Positions 20,799 through 29,380 of a stretch of 64,000 nt of DNA are shown here, piece by piece. The position numbers were made by a program, and so were the translations under genes. This DNA is from a virus. Each line of letters opens with the position of its first letter. Within the stretch, counting starts at the first letter, position 1. The notes under the pieces were generated by a model that saw only the letters and a program-made list of their open reading frames with translations, did not search any database and had not been told where the DNA came from. The DNA is taken from positions 40,087 to 104,086 of the IMG/VR virus record IMGVR_UViG_3300032299_001203; one strand, written 5' to 3'.

Positions 20799-21968
20799 AT
20801 GACTACCTTAAAAATACAACCGTTAGCCGTAGACCAAACAGGTGACTTCTATTTTAATACAGTCACGGCTAATAATTTACTTGTAAATACGGTCAATGTA
20901 TATGATTCTATTGTTGGTGCCAATGCCAATATTGCTTTACTATTTTCAGTAAACAATTATCAAAATACCATAATAACCAATGTAAACACCTATGCAACCT
21001 CTGCATATGGTCAAGCAAACATTGCTACAACATTGGCTCAAGCGGCTTTCAATTACGCTAATACTATTGTTAGCGATACACAAATTGACCCATTTGCCAG
21101 AGCAAATGCAAATGCGGCTTTGGCCACAGCCAATACAGCATCAGCAAACACCATTTATTTACAAGGTGTTAATACCACACAAAATACCAATATTACAACT
21201 GCTGATGTAAAAGCTCAAGCGGCTTTTGATAAAGCAAATACTGGTGTAACTACTTCATTTGACCAGTATGCCAGAGATACTGCCAATTCAGCACAAGCCA
21301 ATACCATCTACAATCAAGGTGTAGATACAACTCAGAATACTAATATCTCCTTATTACAAGGAGCAATGACTTCAGCCAATGCCAATATAGTACAAATATT
21401 TGGTATTACGTTGGGCCAAAATGCTTTTTCACAAGCAGCTTTTAATACAGCCAATACAGCCTCAGCAAACACAATCTATTTACAAGGCGTTGTTTCAGGC
21501 CAAAATACATTTATTCAAGCGGCTTTTGATAGGGCAAATACCGGTATATCAGATTCCATAGATGCTATTGCTAGAGCCAATGCAAATGCAGCTTATGGTC
21601 AAGCAAATATTGCTACATCGTTGGCTCAATCCGCTTTTGATTATGCCAACACCATTCAAGGTGGAGGCGGTAGTGGTACCTTTACCGGTGGTTTAGTCAC
21701 AGGACCTACAATTTTTGCCAGCACCTTACAAGCCAACGGTGCTGTAAGAATTGCCAACACCAGCGGTAATGTAGTATATACTTTACCAAATTATGATGGT
21801 GTTACTGGTCAGTCCTTAATAACTGATGGTTACGGAAGATTACAATGGACTACTTTGACTGCTATAAATGGTACTGGTGGTGGTACTAGTACCGGTTTTC
21901 CATATGTTGATTTAGGTTTTGTTTGGGAAAATCCGAGTGTACTTCTTGATATGGGTACGTTGACCTAA
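20799..21968 (+). CDS. Coiled-coil fibre shaft protein with AQAAFxxANT repeats
   Basis: Multiple QAAF(D/N)xANT and QGVxTTQNTNI repeats; YTLPNYDG..GQSLITDG.G.L.W motif; ends VDLG..LDMGTLT. Confidence 0.7.
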   Translation: MTTLKIQPLAVDQTGDFYFNTVTANNLLVNTVNVYDSIVGANANIALLFSVNNYQNTIITNVNTYATSAYGQANIATTLAQAAFNYANTIVSDTQIDPFARANANAALATANTASANTIYLQGVNTTQNTNITTADVKAQAAFDKANTGVTTSFDQYARDTANSAQANTIYNQGVDTTQNTNISLLQGAMTSANANIVQIFGITLGQNAFSQAAFNTANTASANTIYLQGVVSGQNTFIQAAFDRANTGISDSIDAIARANANAAYGQANIATSLAQSAFDYANTIQGGGGSGTFTGGLVTGPTIFASTLQANGAVRIANTSGNVVYTLPNYDGVTGQSLITDGYGRLQWTTLTAINGTGGGTSTGFPYVDLGFVWENPSVLLDMGTLT

Positions 21969-21981
21969 TCGGAAATAATAA

Positions 21982-21989
21982 TATAAATA
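21982..21989 (+). promoter_or_regulatory. T4-type late (gp55) promoter TATAAATA
   Basis: Exact consensus in intergenic region 25 nt upstream of 22015 ATG. Confidence 0.75.
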
Positions 21990-22014
21990 TAAGATAACTT
22001 AATAGAGATATTCC

Positions 22015-23793
22015 ATGCCAGCTACACAATTACAATTCAGAAAAGGTAACACCGCCCAGCACTCCACCTTCACCGGTGCGTTTGCCGAGGTTACAGTAGA
22101 CACCGACAAGAAAGTTATTGTTGTTCACGATGCCGTCACTCCTGGTGGTACTCCAATGGCAACCGCAGCGTTTGCTCAAGCTGCTTTCAACAAAGCGAAT
22201 ACAACTGCCACCAATAATAGAATTACAGTAAGTAATACCGCAGGTTATGTTCCGACGGCCAACACATTATTACCTGGTGAATTATTTGGTAATTTATTTG
22301 ATGGTAAATTGTATATGCAGCTTACAACAGGTCGCATTATTGACCTTTCAACAAGAGCTGTAGGTAAAACATTCTATGTTTCGACAACCGGTTCAGATAC
22401 TTTTGATGGAGTAACGCCATCTGGTGCGAAAGCAACTATTCGTGCTGCATTAGCCTTGGCTCAACCAACTGATATTGTTCAAGTATTTGCTGGTACTTAC
22501 ACAGAAATTAATCCTTTAATTCTTCCACAAAACGTACAGTTAGTAGGTGCTGGTGAAAGAGCTTGCATCATTCAGCCTTCCGATCCAACTAAAGATATTA
22601 TTTGGGTAAATAACAATTCTTATGTGACCGGTTTTAAATTTATAAATTATTCTAAATCTGCGATTGCTTTTCCAGATTTAGTCATTGATGCCAATACTAC
22701 GGTAGCTGCAACACAAAATACGTTTACTCTACGATCAGGTGTACCTTACGATAATTTTTATAATAGTATGAGAATTACTATTACTGGTGGTATTGGTGCT
22801 GGACAATTTTCAAACGTGGCATCTTATAATGCCGCAACTAGAGTTTGCACAATGGATGTAAATTGGAATCCTTTTCCAACCAATACATCCACCTATTCAA
22901 TTGGCATTCCTTTGAGAACAACACCTGCAGCCAACACAACAAGATATACAACCAATATTACAGGTAGTCCTTACATTTATAATTGTTCTTCTATTACTTC
23001 AAATGGTACCGGCATTAAAGTTGATGGAGCTTTATCAACAGGAAATAAGAGTATTATTTCTGCACAATTTACACAAGTAAATTCTAATGGCCGAGGCATT
23101 CATATTACCAATGACGGATATTCTCAATTAGTTTCTATTTACGGTATTTTCTGTGACACTGCTTTTTTAGCTGATAATGGTGGTACTGCTTCACTAGGTA
23201 ACTGTAACGTTAACTTTGGTAACAAAGGTCTAGTGGCTAATGGTAAAGGTGCTTTAGCAATGACAGCTCGTTTTGCTAATACATCGGCAGAGGCCTGTAC
23301 CTCTATTTTTCTAAATACAATTAGTTCAAATACCGATTTAGGTATCACCGCCAATGTACCGTATTCTGGTTTAGTAATGAAAATTACTGGAGATGGTGTA
23401 GACAATTATTATTCAGTCGCTGAGGCAACTCCATTGTCTGCAGGAAATACACAAGTAACATTTCAAACTGGATTACCTGTTAGTTGGCCAAGTGAAACAA
23501 CAGTTTCATTTTTTCAACAAAGTCAATTAAGAGCTTCTGGCCAAACATTTGAATTTGTTGGTGCTGGCACCAGTATAAATTCTTTGCCAAAATCAGGCGG
23601 AGTACCAAATGTGGAATCTCAAATTATTACAATTGGTGAAGGCGCAGTGTTTGCTACATCTACCGATCAAGACGGAAACTTTAAGGTATCGGAGTTAGTA
23701 ATTAATCAATCAACATCAACCATTACAGGTAGAACTTTCTCAAAAAGTCTTTTTGCAGAAATGACGCCATATATTCTTGCTCTGGAGACTTAA
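22015..23793 (+). CDS. Tailspike-like protein: Mtd_N-like domain + pectin-lyase-like beta-helix
   Basis: QLQFRKGNTAQHSTFTGAFAEVTVDTDK..VVHD..TPGG (Mtd_N); FYVSTTGSD..G...ATIRAAL..DIVQVFAGTYTE; SPYIYNCSS, FTQVN, GYSQLVS. Confidence 0.75.
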   Translation: MPATQLQFRKGNTAQHSTFTGAFAEVTVDTDKKVIVVHDAVTPGGTPMATAAFAQAAFNKANTTATNNRITVSNTAGYVPTANTLLPGELFGNLFDGKLYMQLTTGRIIDLSTRAVGKTFYVSTTGSDTFDGVTPSGAKATIRAALALAQPTDIVQVFAGTYTEINPLILPQNVQLVGAGERACIIQPSDPTKDIIWVNNNSYVTGFKFINYSKSAIAFPDLVIDANTTVAATQNTFTLRSGVPYDNFYNSMRITITGGIGAGQFSNVASYNAATRVCTMDVNWNPFPTNTSTYSIGIPLRTTPAANTTRYTTNITGSPYIYNCSSITSNGTGIKVDGALSTGNKSIISAQFTQVNSNGRGIHITNDGYSQLVSIYGIFCDTAFLADNGGTASLGNCNVNFGNKGLVANGKGALAMTARFANTSAEACTSIFLNTISSNTDLGITANVPYSGLVMKITGDGVDNYYSVAEATPLSAGNTQVTFQTGLPVSWPSETTVSFFQQSQLRASGQTFEFVGAGTSINSLPKSGGVPNVESQIITIGEGAVFATSTDQDGNFKVSELVINQSTSTITGRTFSKSLFAEMTPYILALET

Positions 23794-23796
23794 AAA

Positions 23797-24135
23797 ATGG
23801 CTACAATAGCATTAAATACATTTAAAACAACTACAGCGAATGTAACAACAGTCCAACAGACAATATATACCGCACCTGCTGGAGTAACCACAGTTATTCT
23901 TTTGGCTCAAGTTTCAAATATAGATACAACCAATTCTGTAACAGTTTCTGCGAATCACGTTAGAGGTTCAAATGTTACTTCAATCATTAGAAACACCACT
24001 ATTCCTATTAGAGATGCCGCCACTTTATTAACAGGTAAATTAATTTTGCAAACAGGAGATTCATTTACTGCAATTGCTGATGCCAATAATAGAGGACAAT
24101 TGTTGTTGTCTTACTTAGAAACAGCTAATCAATAA
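23797..24135 (+). CDS. ~110-aa beta-sandwich adaptor protein (paralog of 19152..19481)
   Basis: ALNTFKT...IYTAPAGVTTVILLAQVSN...GKLILQTGD...LSYLETAN. Confidence 0.7.
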   Translation: MATIALNTFKTTTANVTTVQQTIYTAPAGVTTVILLAQVSNIDTTNSVTVSANHVRGSNVTSIIRNTTIPIRDAATLLTGKLILQTGDSFTAIADANNRGQLLLSYLETANQ

Positions 24136-24143
24136 AATAACAA

Positions 24144-25502
24144 ATGCCTAATAAAGATTCAAGATTAATTAGCGGTCGAGTTCCGGTAAGTAATTCGTCC
24201 AGTGTAACATCAGATAGATATGAATATCTGGATTTAAGTTCTGCGGAACCAAATTTAGGTGTTGGTAATACTGGTGATGTTTTAATTTATAGTTCAAACA
24301 CACCTGGTAATAGGCAATGGGTTTTACCTAGTCAGATAAATGCGTATGATGCTATCGCCAGAGCTCAAGCAAATGCGGCATTTTTGGCAGCCAATACAGC
24401 TGCAGCAAATACTGTTGTATTGCAAAATGTTAATGATTCACAAAACTCCGCAATTACAGTTCTTCAAGGTGTCGATAGTGGTCAAAATGCTTTTATTAAT
24501 TCTGTAAGTTCTTTTGCTCAAAGTGCTTTTCAACAAGCCAATACCGCTTCAGCAAATACTGTATATTTACAAGGTGCATTAAATACTGCCAATTCGAATA
24601 CTGTTATATTACAAGGCCAACAAGATTCACAAAATGCTTCAATAACAGCCGTTAATCAATATGCTCAATCGGCATTTAGTTCATCAAATACAAATGCAGT
24701 ACAAATTAGCCAAGTAAGCACATATTCTCAATTTGCTTTTTCTTTGGCCAACACAGTACAAGCAGGTTTAACAACCACACAAATTTATGTACAAGGTATT
24801 AATGATTCTCAAAATGCTTCTGTAGCAAATTCTTTTTCTTATACCAATAGTGCTTTTTTAAGAGCTAATAATTCACTTGTTTTAGCTCAAGCTGCTTTCG
24901 ATAAAGCAAATACTTTTGGTGGTGGTGCAGGTGGTGGTGGCGGAGGAAGTGACTTTGACGGAGGTTCAATCACTCAACAGTTAATTCTTCTGAATACAGA
25001 AGATGCTGTGTCAAACACCACAGGTTCTTTGCAAGTTAGAGGTGGTGCCGGTATCAAAGGTAACCTCTATGTAAGTCAAATTTATATTACAGGTAACAAT
25101 GGACTTAACTTTCCTGATGGTTCAACCTTCAATGTGGCCACAACCTTTGTTACCTACGTACTGGATGATATTTCACAAAAATTTGATGGTAAAACAACCA
25201 ATTTTGATCTAACACACTCTGGTGGTCAAGTAGTTATACCTACTAATCCAGTTCAACTAAATATATCGATAGGTAATATAAAAATAAACCCGGCAACCAG
25301 AATTGATGATTTGGTTCATTTGACAGAAATTTCTCTATTCGATAGAGGTTATATTTTTTCAAACAATCAAATTTTATTTGCTTCGGCACCATCACCGAGT
25401 TTAGGATTTTTTGGTACTTTTACATCAAACCAAGTAGTACCAAAAGACTATAGTTATATAACAACACCATTTACACCACTAAATATAATGCTAGGACCTT
25501 AA
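24144..25502 (+). CDS. Coiled-coil fibre protein (452 aa)
   Basis: LISGRV..DRYEYLDLSSAEPNLG N-terminus; QGxxDSQN / AQSAF repeats; LDDISQKFDGKTTNF domain; ends PFTPLNIMLGP. Confidence 0.7.
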   Translation: MPNKDSRLISGRVPVSNSSSVTSDRYEYLDLSSAEPNLGVGNTGDVLIYSSNTPGNRQWVLPSQINAYDAIARAQANAAFLAANTAAANTVVLQNVNDSQNSAITVLQGVDSGQNAFINSVSSFAQSAFQQANTASANTVYLQGALNTANSNTVILQGQQDSQNASITAVNQYAQSAFSSSNTNAVQISQVSTYSQFAFSLANTVQAGLTTTQIYVQGINDSQNASVANSFSYTNSAFLRANNSLVLAQAAFDKANTFGGGAGGGGGGSDFDGGSITQQLILLNTEDAVSNTTGSLQVRGGAGIKGNLYVSQIYITGNNGLNFPDGSTFNVATTFVTYVLDDISQKFDGKTTNFDLTHSGGQVVIPTNPVQLNISIGNIKINPATRIDDLVHLTEISLFDRGYIFSNNQILFASAPSPSLGFFGTFTSNQVVPKDYSYITTPFTPLNIMLGP

Positions 25503-25514
25503 AGGAAAACTAAA

Positions 25515-28500
25515 ATGGCAAGACGAATAATCTTAGAAACCCACTATACATTCACACCATCAACAAGAACGATTGTGCTACCAAGAGTTCTGCCAAAAGA
25601 ACGTTTATTGTTGATTACGAATGTCACTACAAATAAAGTACTCTATAACTTTAGTGATCCTACACTCACCACCACTAATTATATTATTACTCAAGGTACA
25701 GATATTTCTACTCCACCATCTACTAGCATTGTATTGAGTTATAATACTACCAGTATGTCCTCAACAGACAAAATACAAATTGTTGTTGATGAAATTGCTG
25801 AGGCATTTGAGCCTGTAGATTCACTCTATGATCCGGTTGGTAAATTAAGAGTTTCGGAACCAGAAGCTTTGATTGATACTGACTTTGAATTTGGTTTACA
25901 ACCAACAAAATGGGAAAATTTAACTTTATTAAATAATCGTCCTTCATTCTTTACAAATACACAAGTACCAATTAATTTGTTGAATTTATCAGCAACGAAT
26001 GGTTCTGTTACTGTTGTAGCAAATACTTCTCCAAGTGCACCACCAGCAATTGGTACTCCAGTTTTGATTAATGATAGTTATTTTCCTGGAGGAAATGGAC
26101 CATTTTTAGTTGAAGCAAACAACACATCACTAAACACTTTTTCTTATTCTGCAAGAAACACTTTTACAGCTCCAACCGGTTCAATTTTTAATTCTGCACA
26201 AACCGTTGCTTATGCTGGAACTTTTTATAGTAATACAAATATTGCTTTTACTTCCGTAACATCATCGGGTCAAGTAGTTACAGCAACAACAACTCAACCT
26301 CACGGTTTACAAGTTGGTGACGGAGTTTATTTTATTAATATGACAGCTGTATCAAATGCGCCAAACGGATCATGGACTGTGGCGGCCGCATTGTCAAGCA
26401 CAGTTTTTCAAGTTATTGTTAATGCTGCACCAGGATCATTAAACTCTACTGCTGGCACAATTTATCCAAGGCCAGATGGATTTTTTGCGCATCGAGCTTT
26501 TGATGGCGGTGTTCAATTTTCATCAGGTGGTCCTTCAGGAAATGGTAGCGCAATTCGTCAAACTCGTAAATATTTCCGTTACCAATCAGGTAAAGGTTTA
26601 CAAATGAGTTCTGGTACAATTCTTAAACCAAGTTTAAATGTTGATGAAATTTCTTCATCAGGTACAACTTGTAGAGTAACAACAAAAATTCCTCATCAGA
26701 TGGCTCCAGGAGTTAGTGTACGAATTTCAGGTTGCAACGAGAGTGCTTATAATGGTATATTCATTGTTGATTCTGTTATAAATCCTTTTACATTTACATA
26801 TACAGCTATTAGTGCACCATCAGCAACTCCAGCTTCTGGTGCAGCAAACGTATCGGTCAATAATTGGTATAATGCAGCTGCTCGATTAGGAATGTTTGAT
26901 TCTAATAACGGGCTTTACTTTGAGTTTGATGGCCAACAATTGTATGCAGTTAGAAGAAATACTACTCAACAAATTTCTGGTTATGTAAATTTAACAAATA
27001 ATTCTGCAACAGTTACAGGAGTAGAGGTTAATGGTGTAACAACCAAATTTAGTAAACAATTGTTGCCTGGTGACAATGTATTAATTCGTGGTACTTCATA
27101 TAGAATTGTTGATATTCTTAGCGATACATCAATGACAATTGTTCCTCCATATAGAGGACCATCTTATTCTGGCAGTAATGGTGTAACTATTTCTAAAACC
27201 AATGAACTTAGAACTCCACAATCACAATTTAATATTGATAAGTTAGATGGAACCGGCCCAAGTGGCATGATTTTAGATTTATCTAAAATGCACATGTTTT
27301 TAATCGATTATTCTTGGTATGGTGCGGGTACAGTTCGTTTTGGATTCAGAGATACACAAGGTAAAATTGTGTATGTTCACAGAATGGTTAATAGTAATCA
27401 AAACACCGAAGCTTATATGCGTTCTGGTAACTTACCTGCTCGGTATGAAATTGATTGTAAACCGCTTAGAGCTGTTTTAGCTGCAACTTGTTTAAGTTCA
27501 GATACCACATTAACAGTATCCAATACTGCTGGATTCCCAAGTGTAGGAACATTATTAATTGCAAACCCAGGTGCATATGAATATGTTAATTACACAGGTA
27601 TTTCATCCAACACAGTATTTACTGGTGTAACAAGAGGTACTGGTACAACCACTATTGCAAGCATTGCAACTACTGCAAATTCAATTAATGTCACTACAAC
27701 AAGTTCTGTAACCGGAATACATAAAGGAATGTATGTATACGGTCCTAATATTCCAAACAATTCATTTATTTATAATATTATTCCAGGTGCTACAAGTGTT
27801 ATTCAATTATCACAAGCTGCTACTGGAACTGCTGCGGGACAAACATTAAACTTTAATCAAATGGGTGTATCAGCAACAACTCATTCATATAGTGCTTCAG
27901 GTCCTATTGCAGTATATTTACATAGTCCATACTTTGGTCCAACAGTAAGCCATTGGGGAACTTCTGTAATAATGGACGGTAGATTTGATGATGATAAAAA
28001 TTTACAATTTACTTATGGTGAACTTGTTCAGACTACTGTTGCTGCTGGTGCTACAGCTGCATTGTTAAGTATTCGATTGGCTCCATCTGTTGATAATGGT
28101 ATTACAGGTTTTCTTGGCCAAAAAGAAATTATTAACCGTATGCAATTGCAATTAAAATCACTTGGTGTTCTAGTTAATGGCTCATTTTTAATTAACTTAG
28201 TACTAAATGGTACTGTAGTAACATCAACTGGTAATTTAGGAACTTTTGGTCGTTTAGCAGTAGGAACATCAAGTTTGGCTCAGATTGCCGATCACACAGG
28301 TAATGTGACGATATCCGGCGGCGAAAATATTTACGGTTTCTATGCAGTTAATTCTGCTGGTGCTGGTAATTTTTCTGTACAATCATCCGATTTAAGTTTC
28401 CTTCGTGAAATGGGTAACTCTATTCTTGGTGGAGCTATATCTAATACACCAGGTCAAGGAATTTATCCTGATGGTCCTGATGTTGTTACAATTTTGGCAA

Positions 28501-28565
28501 CCAATATTGGTACCGCTTCAGCAAACTGTCAAGCTCGTTTAAACTGGACAGAAGCTCAGGCATAA
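25515..28565 (+). CDS. Large virion structural protein (1016 aa), cyanophage-like fibre/baseplate component
   Basis: YTFTP..LLLITNVT..LYNFSD; DPVGKLRVS.P.ALIDTDFEFGLQPTKWE; HGLxxGD repeats; RQTRKYFRYQSGKG; DYSWYGAG; YMRSGNLPARYE; HWGTSVIMDGRFDDD. Confidence 0.75.
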   Translation: MARRIILETHYTFTPSTRTIVLPRVLPKERLLLITNVTTNKVLYNFSDPTLTTTNYIITQGTDISTPPSTSIVLSYNTTSMSSTDKIQIVVDEIAEAFEPVDSLYDPVGKLRVSEPEALIDTDFEFGLQPTKWENLTLLNNRPSFFTNTQVPINLLNLSATNGSVTVVANTSPSAPPAIGTPVLINDSYFPGGNGPFLVEANNTSLNTFSYSARNTFTAPTGSIFNSAQTVAYAGTFYSNTNIAFTSVTSSGQVVTATTTQPHGLQVGDGVYFINMTAVSNAPNGSWTVAAALSSTVFQVIVNAAPGSLNSTAGTIYPRPDGFFAHRAFDGGVQFSSGGPSGNGSAIRQTRKYFRYQSGKGLQMSSGTILKPSLNVDEISSSGTTCRVTTKIPHQMAPGVSVRISGCNESAYNGIFIVDSVINPFTFTYTAISAPSATPASGAANVSVNNWYNAAARLGMFDSNNGLYFEFDGQQLYAVRRNTTQQISGYVNLTNNSATVTGVEVNGVTTKFSKQLLPGDNVLIRGTSYRIVDILSDTSMTIVPPYRGPSYSGSNGVTISKTNELRTPQSQFNIDKLDGTGPSGMILDLSKMHMFLIDYSWYGAGTVRFGFRDTQGKIVYVHRMVNSNQNTEAYMRSGNLPARYEIDCKPLRAVLAATCLSSDTTLTVSNTAGFPSVGTLLIANPGAYEYVNYTGISSNTVFTGVTRGTGTTTIASIATTANSINVTTTSSVTGIHKGMYVYGPNIPNNSFIYNIIPGATSVIQLSQAATGTAAGQTLNFNQMGVSATTHSYSASGPIAVYLHSPYFGPTVSHWGTSVIMDGRFDDDKNLQFTYGELVQTTVAAGATAALLSIRLAPSVDNGITGFLGQKEIINRMQLQLKSLGVLVNGSFLINLVLNGTVVTSTGNLGTFGRLAVGTSSLAQIADHTGNVTISGGENIYGFYAVNSAGAGNFSVQSSDLSFLREMGNSILGGAISNTPGQGIYPDGPDVVTILATNIGTASANCQARLNWTEAQA

Positions 28566-28577
28566 TAAAAAAATAAT

Positions 28578-29144
28578 ATGTCTATTAATAAAATAGTATT
28601 AGAAACTGATGGGTTGATTGTAGGTGATAATCAACTTGTGGCATCCGGTGGTGGTGTTTCTATTGGCAAAAATTTAGTTGTCGAAGGAAACACCTACACA
28701 GGAAATATTATATCGTCTAATGTGGTAACACAAACATTATTTGCTACATCAATATTTTTTCCTGCTAATAATGCTACAGGATCTCCACAACAAACAATTA
28801 CTGGTGCCACAGTATTAGAAAAACAATATACAAAATTGGGAGGTTTAACTCCTTTTGTGGATAATTTAAATAGATTTTATCCATCTGCTCCTGTTTTAGT
28901 AACATCTCTTTTAGCAAGAGTAGGAACAGCACCAATTGGAGCAAATGCAACATTTTCAGTATGTAAAAATGGCATTCCAAGTGCCAATTTAACAATTTTA
29001 TCAGGTCAAACCGCTTCAGCTGAAGTAGTAACTTCTATTACAGCAACTACGGGAGATTTCTTTAATATAAATATAAATACTATTGGAGCAACAGTTGCAG
29101 GTGCCGACTTGTATGTTATACTTAAATACTTTAGAACCACTTAA
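28578..29144 (+). CDS. Fibre-associated protein with C-terminal beta-sandwich
   Basis: RFYP...ARVGTAP.G...KNG...GADLYV pattern; virion gene context. Confidence 0.6.
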   Translation: MSINKIVLETDGLIVGDNQLVASGGGVSIGKNLVVEGNTYTGNIISSNVVTQTLFATSIFFPANNATGSPQQTITGATVLEKQYTKLGGLTPFVDNLNRFYPSAPVLVTSLLARVGTAPIGANATFSVCKNGIPSANLTILSGQTASAEVVTSITATTGDFFNININTIGATVAGADLYVILKYFRTT

Positions 29145-29167
29145 AAAAATATAATTGGAGAAATAAG

Positions 29168-29380
29168 ATGGCAATAACCCATACTTTCATAAACAACAGT
29201 CTTGAAGTGTTTAAAGACGGCGTAGTTCAAATTAATCAACCATTTAGACCAACTTCAACAGGTGATCAACCTGCATGGGAAACTGAGCAAGAAGCTCTTG
29301 AATGGTTTTATGAAAACGGTTCTCATAGATTTGCAAAAGAAGAAATTGAAGAATACAAAATAAGTTTGGGAGCAGAATAA
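29168..29380 (+). CDS. Small acidic hypothetical protein (possible fibre assembly chaperone)
   Basis: 70 aa with GGAG SD; QPF.P..W.TEQEALEW; abuts next gene. Confidence 0.55.
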   Translation: MAITHTFINNSLEVFKDGVVQINQPFRPTSTGDQPAWETEQEALEWFYENGSHRFAKEEIEEYKISLGAE

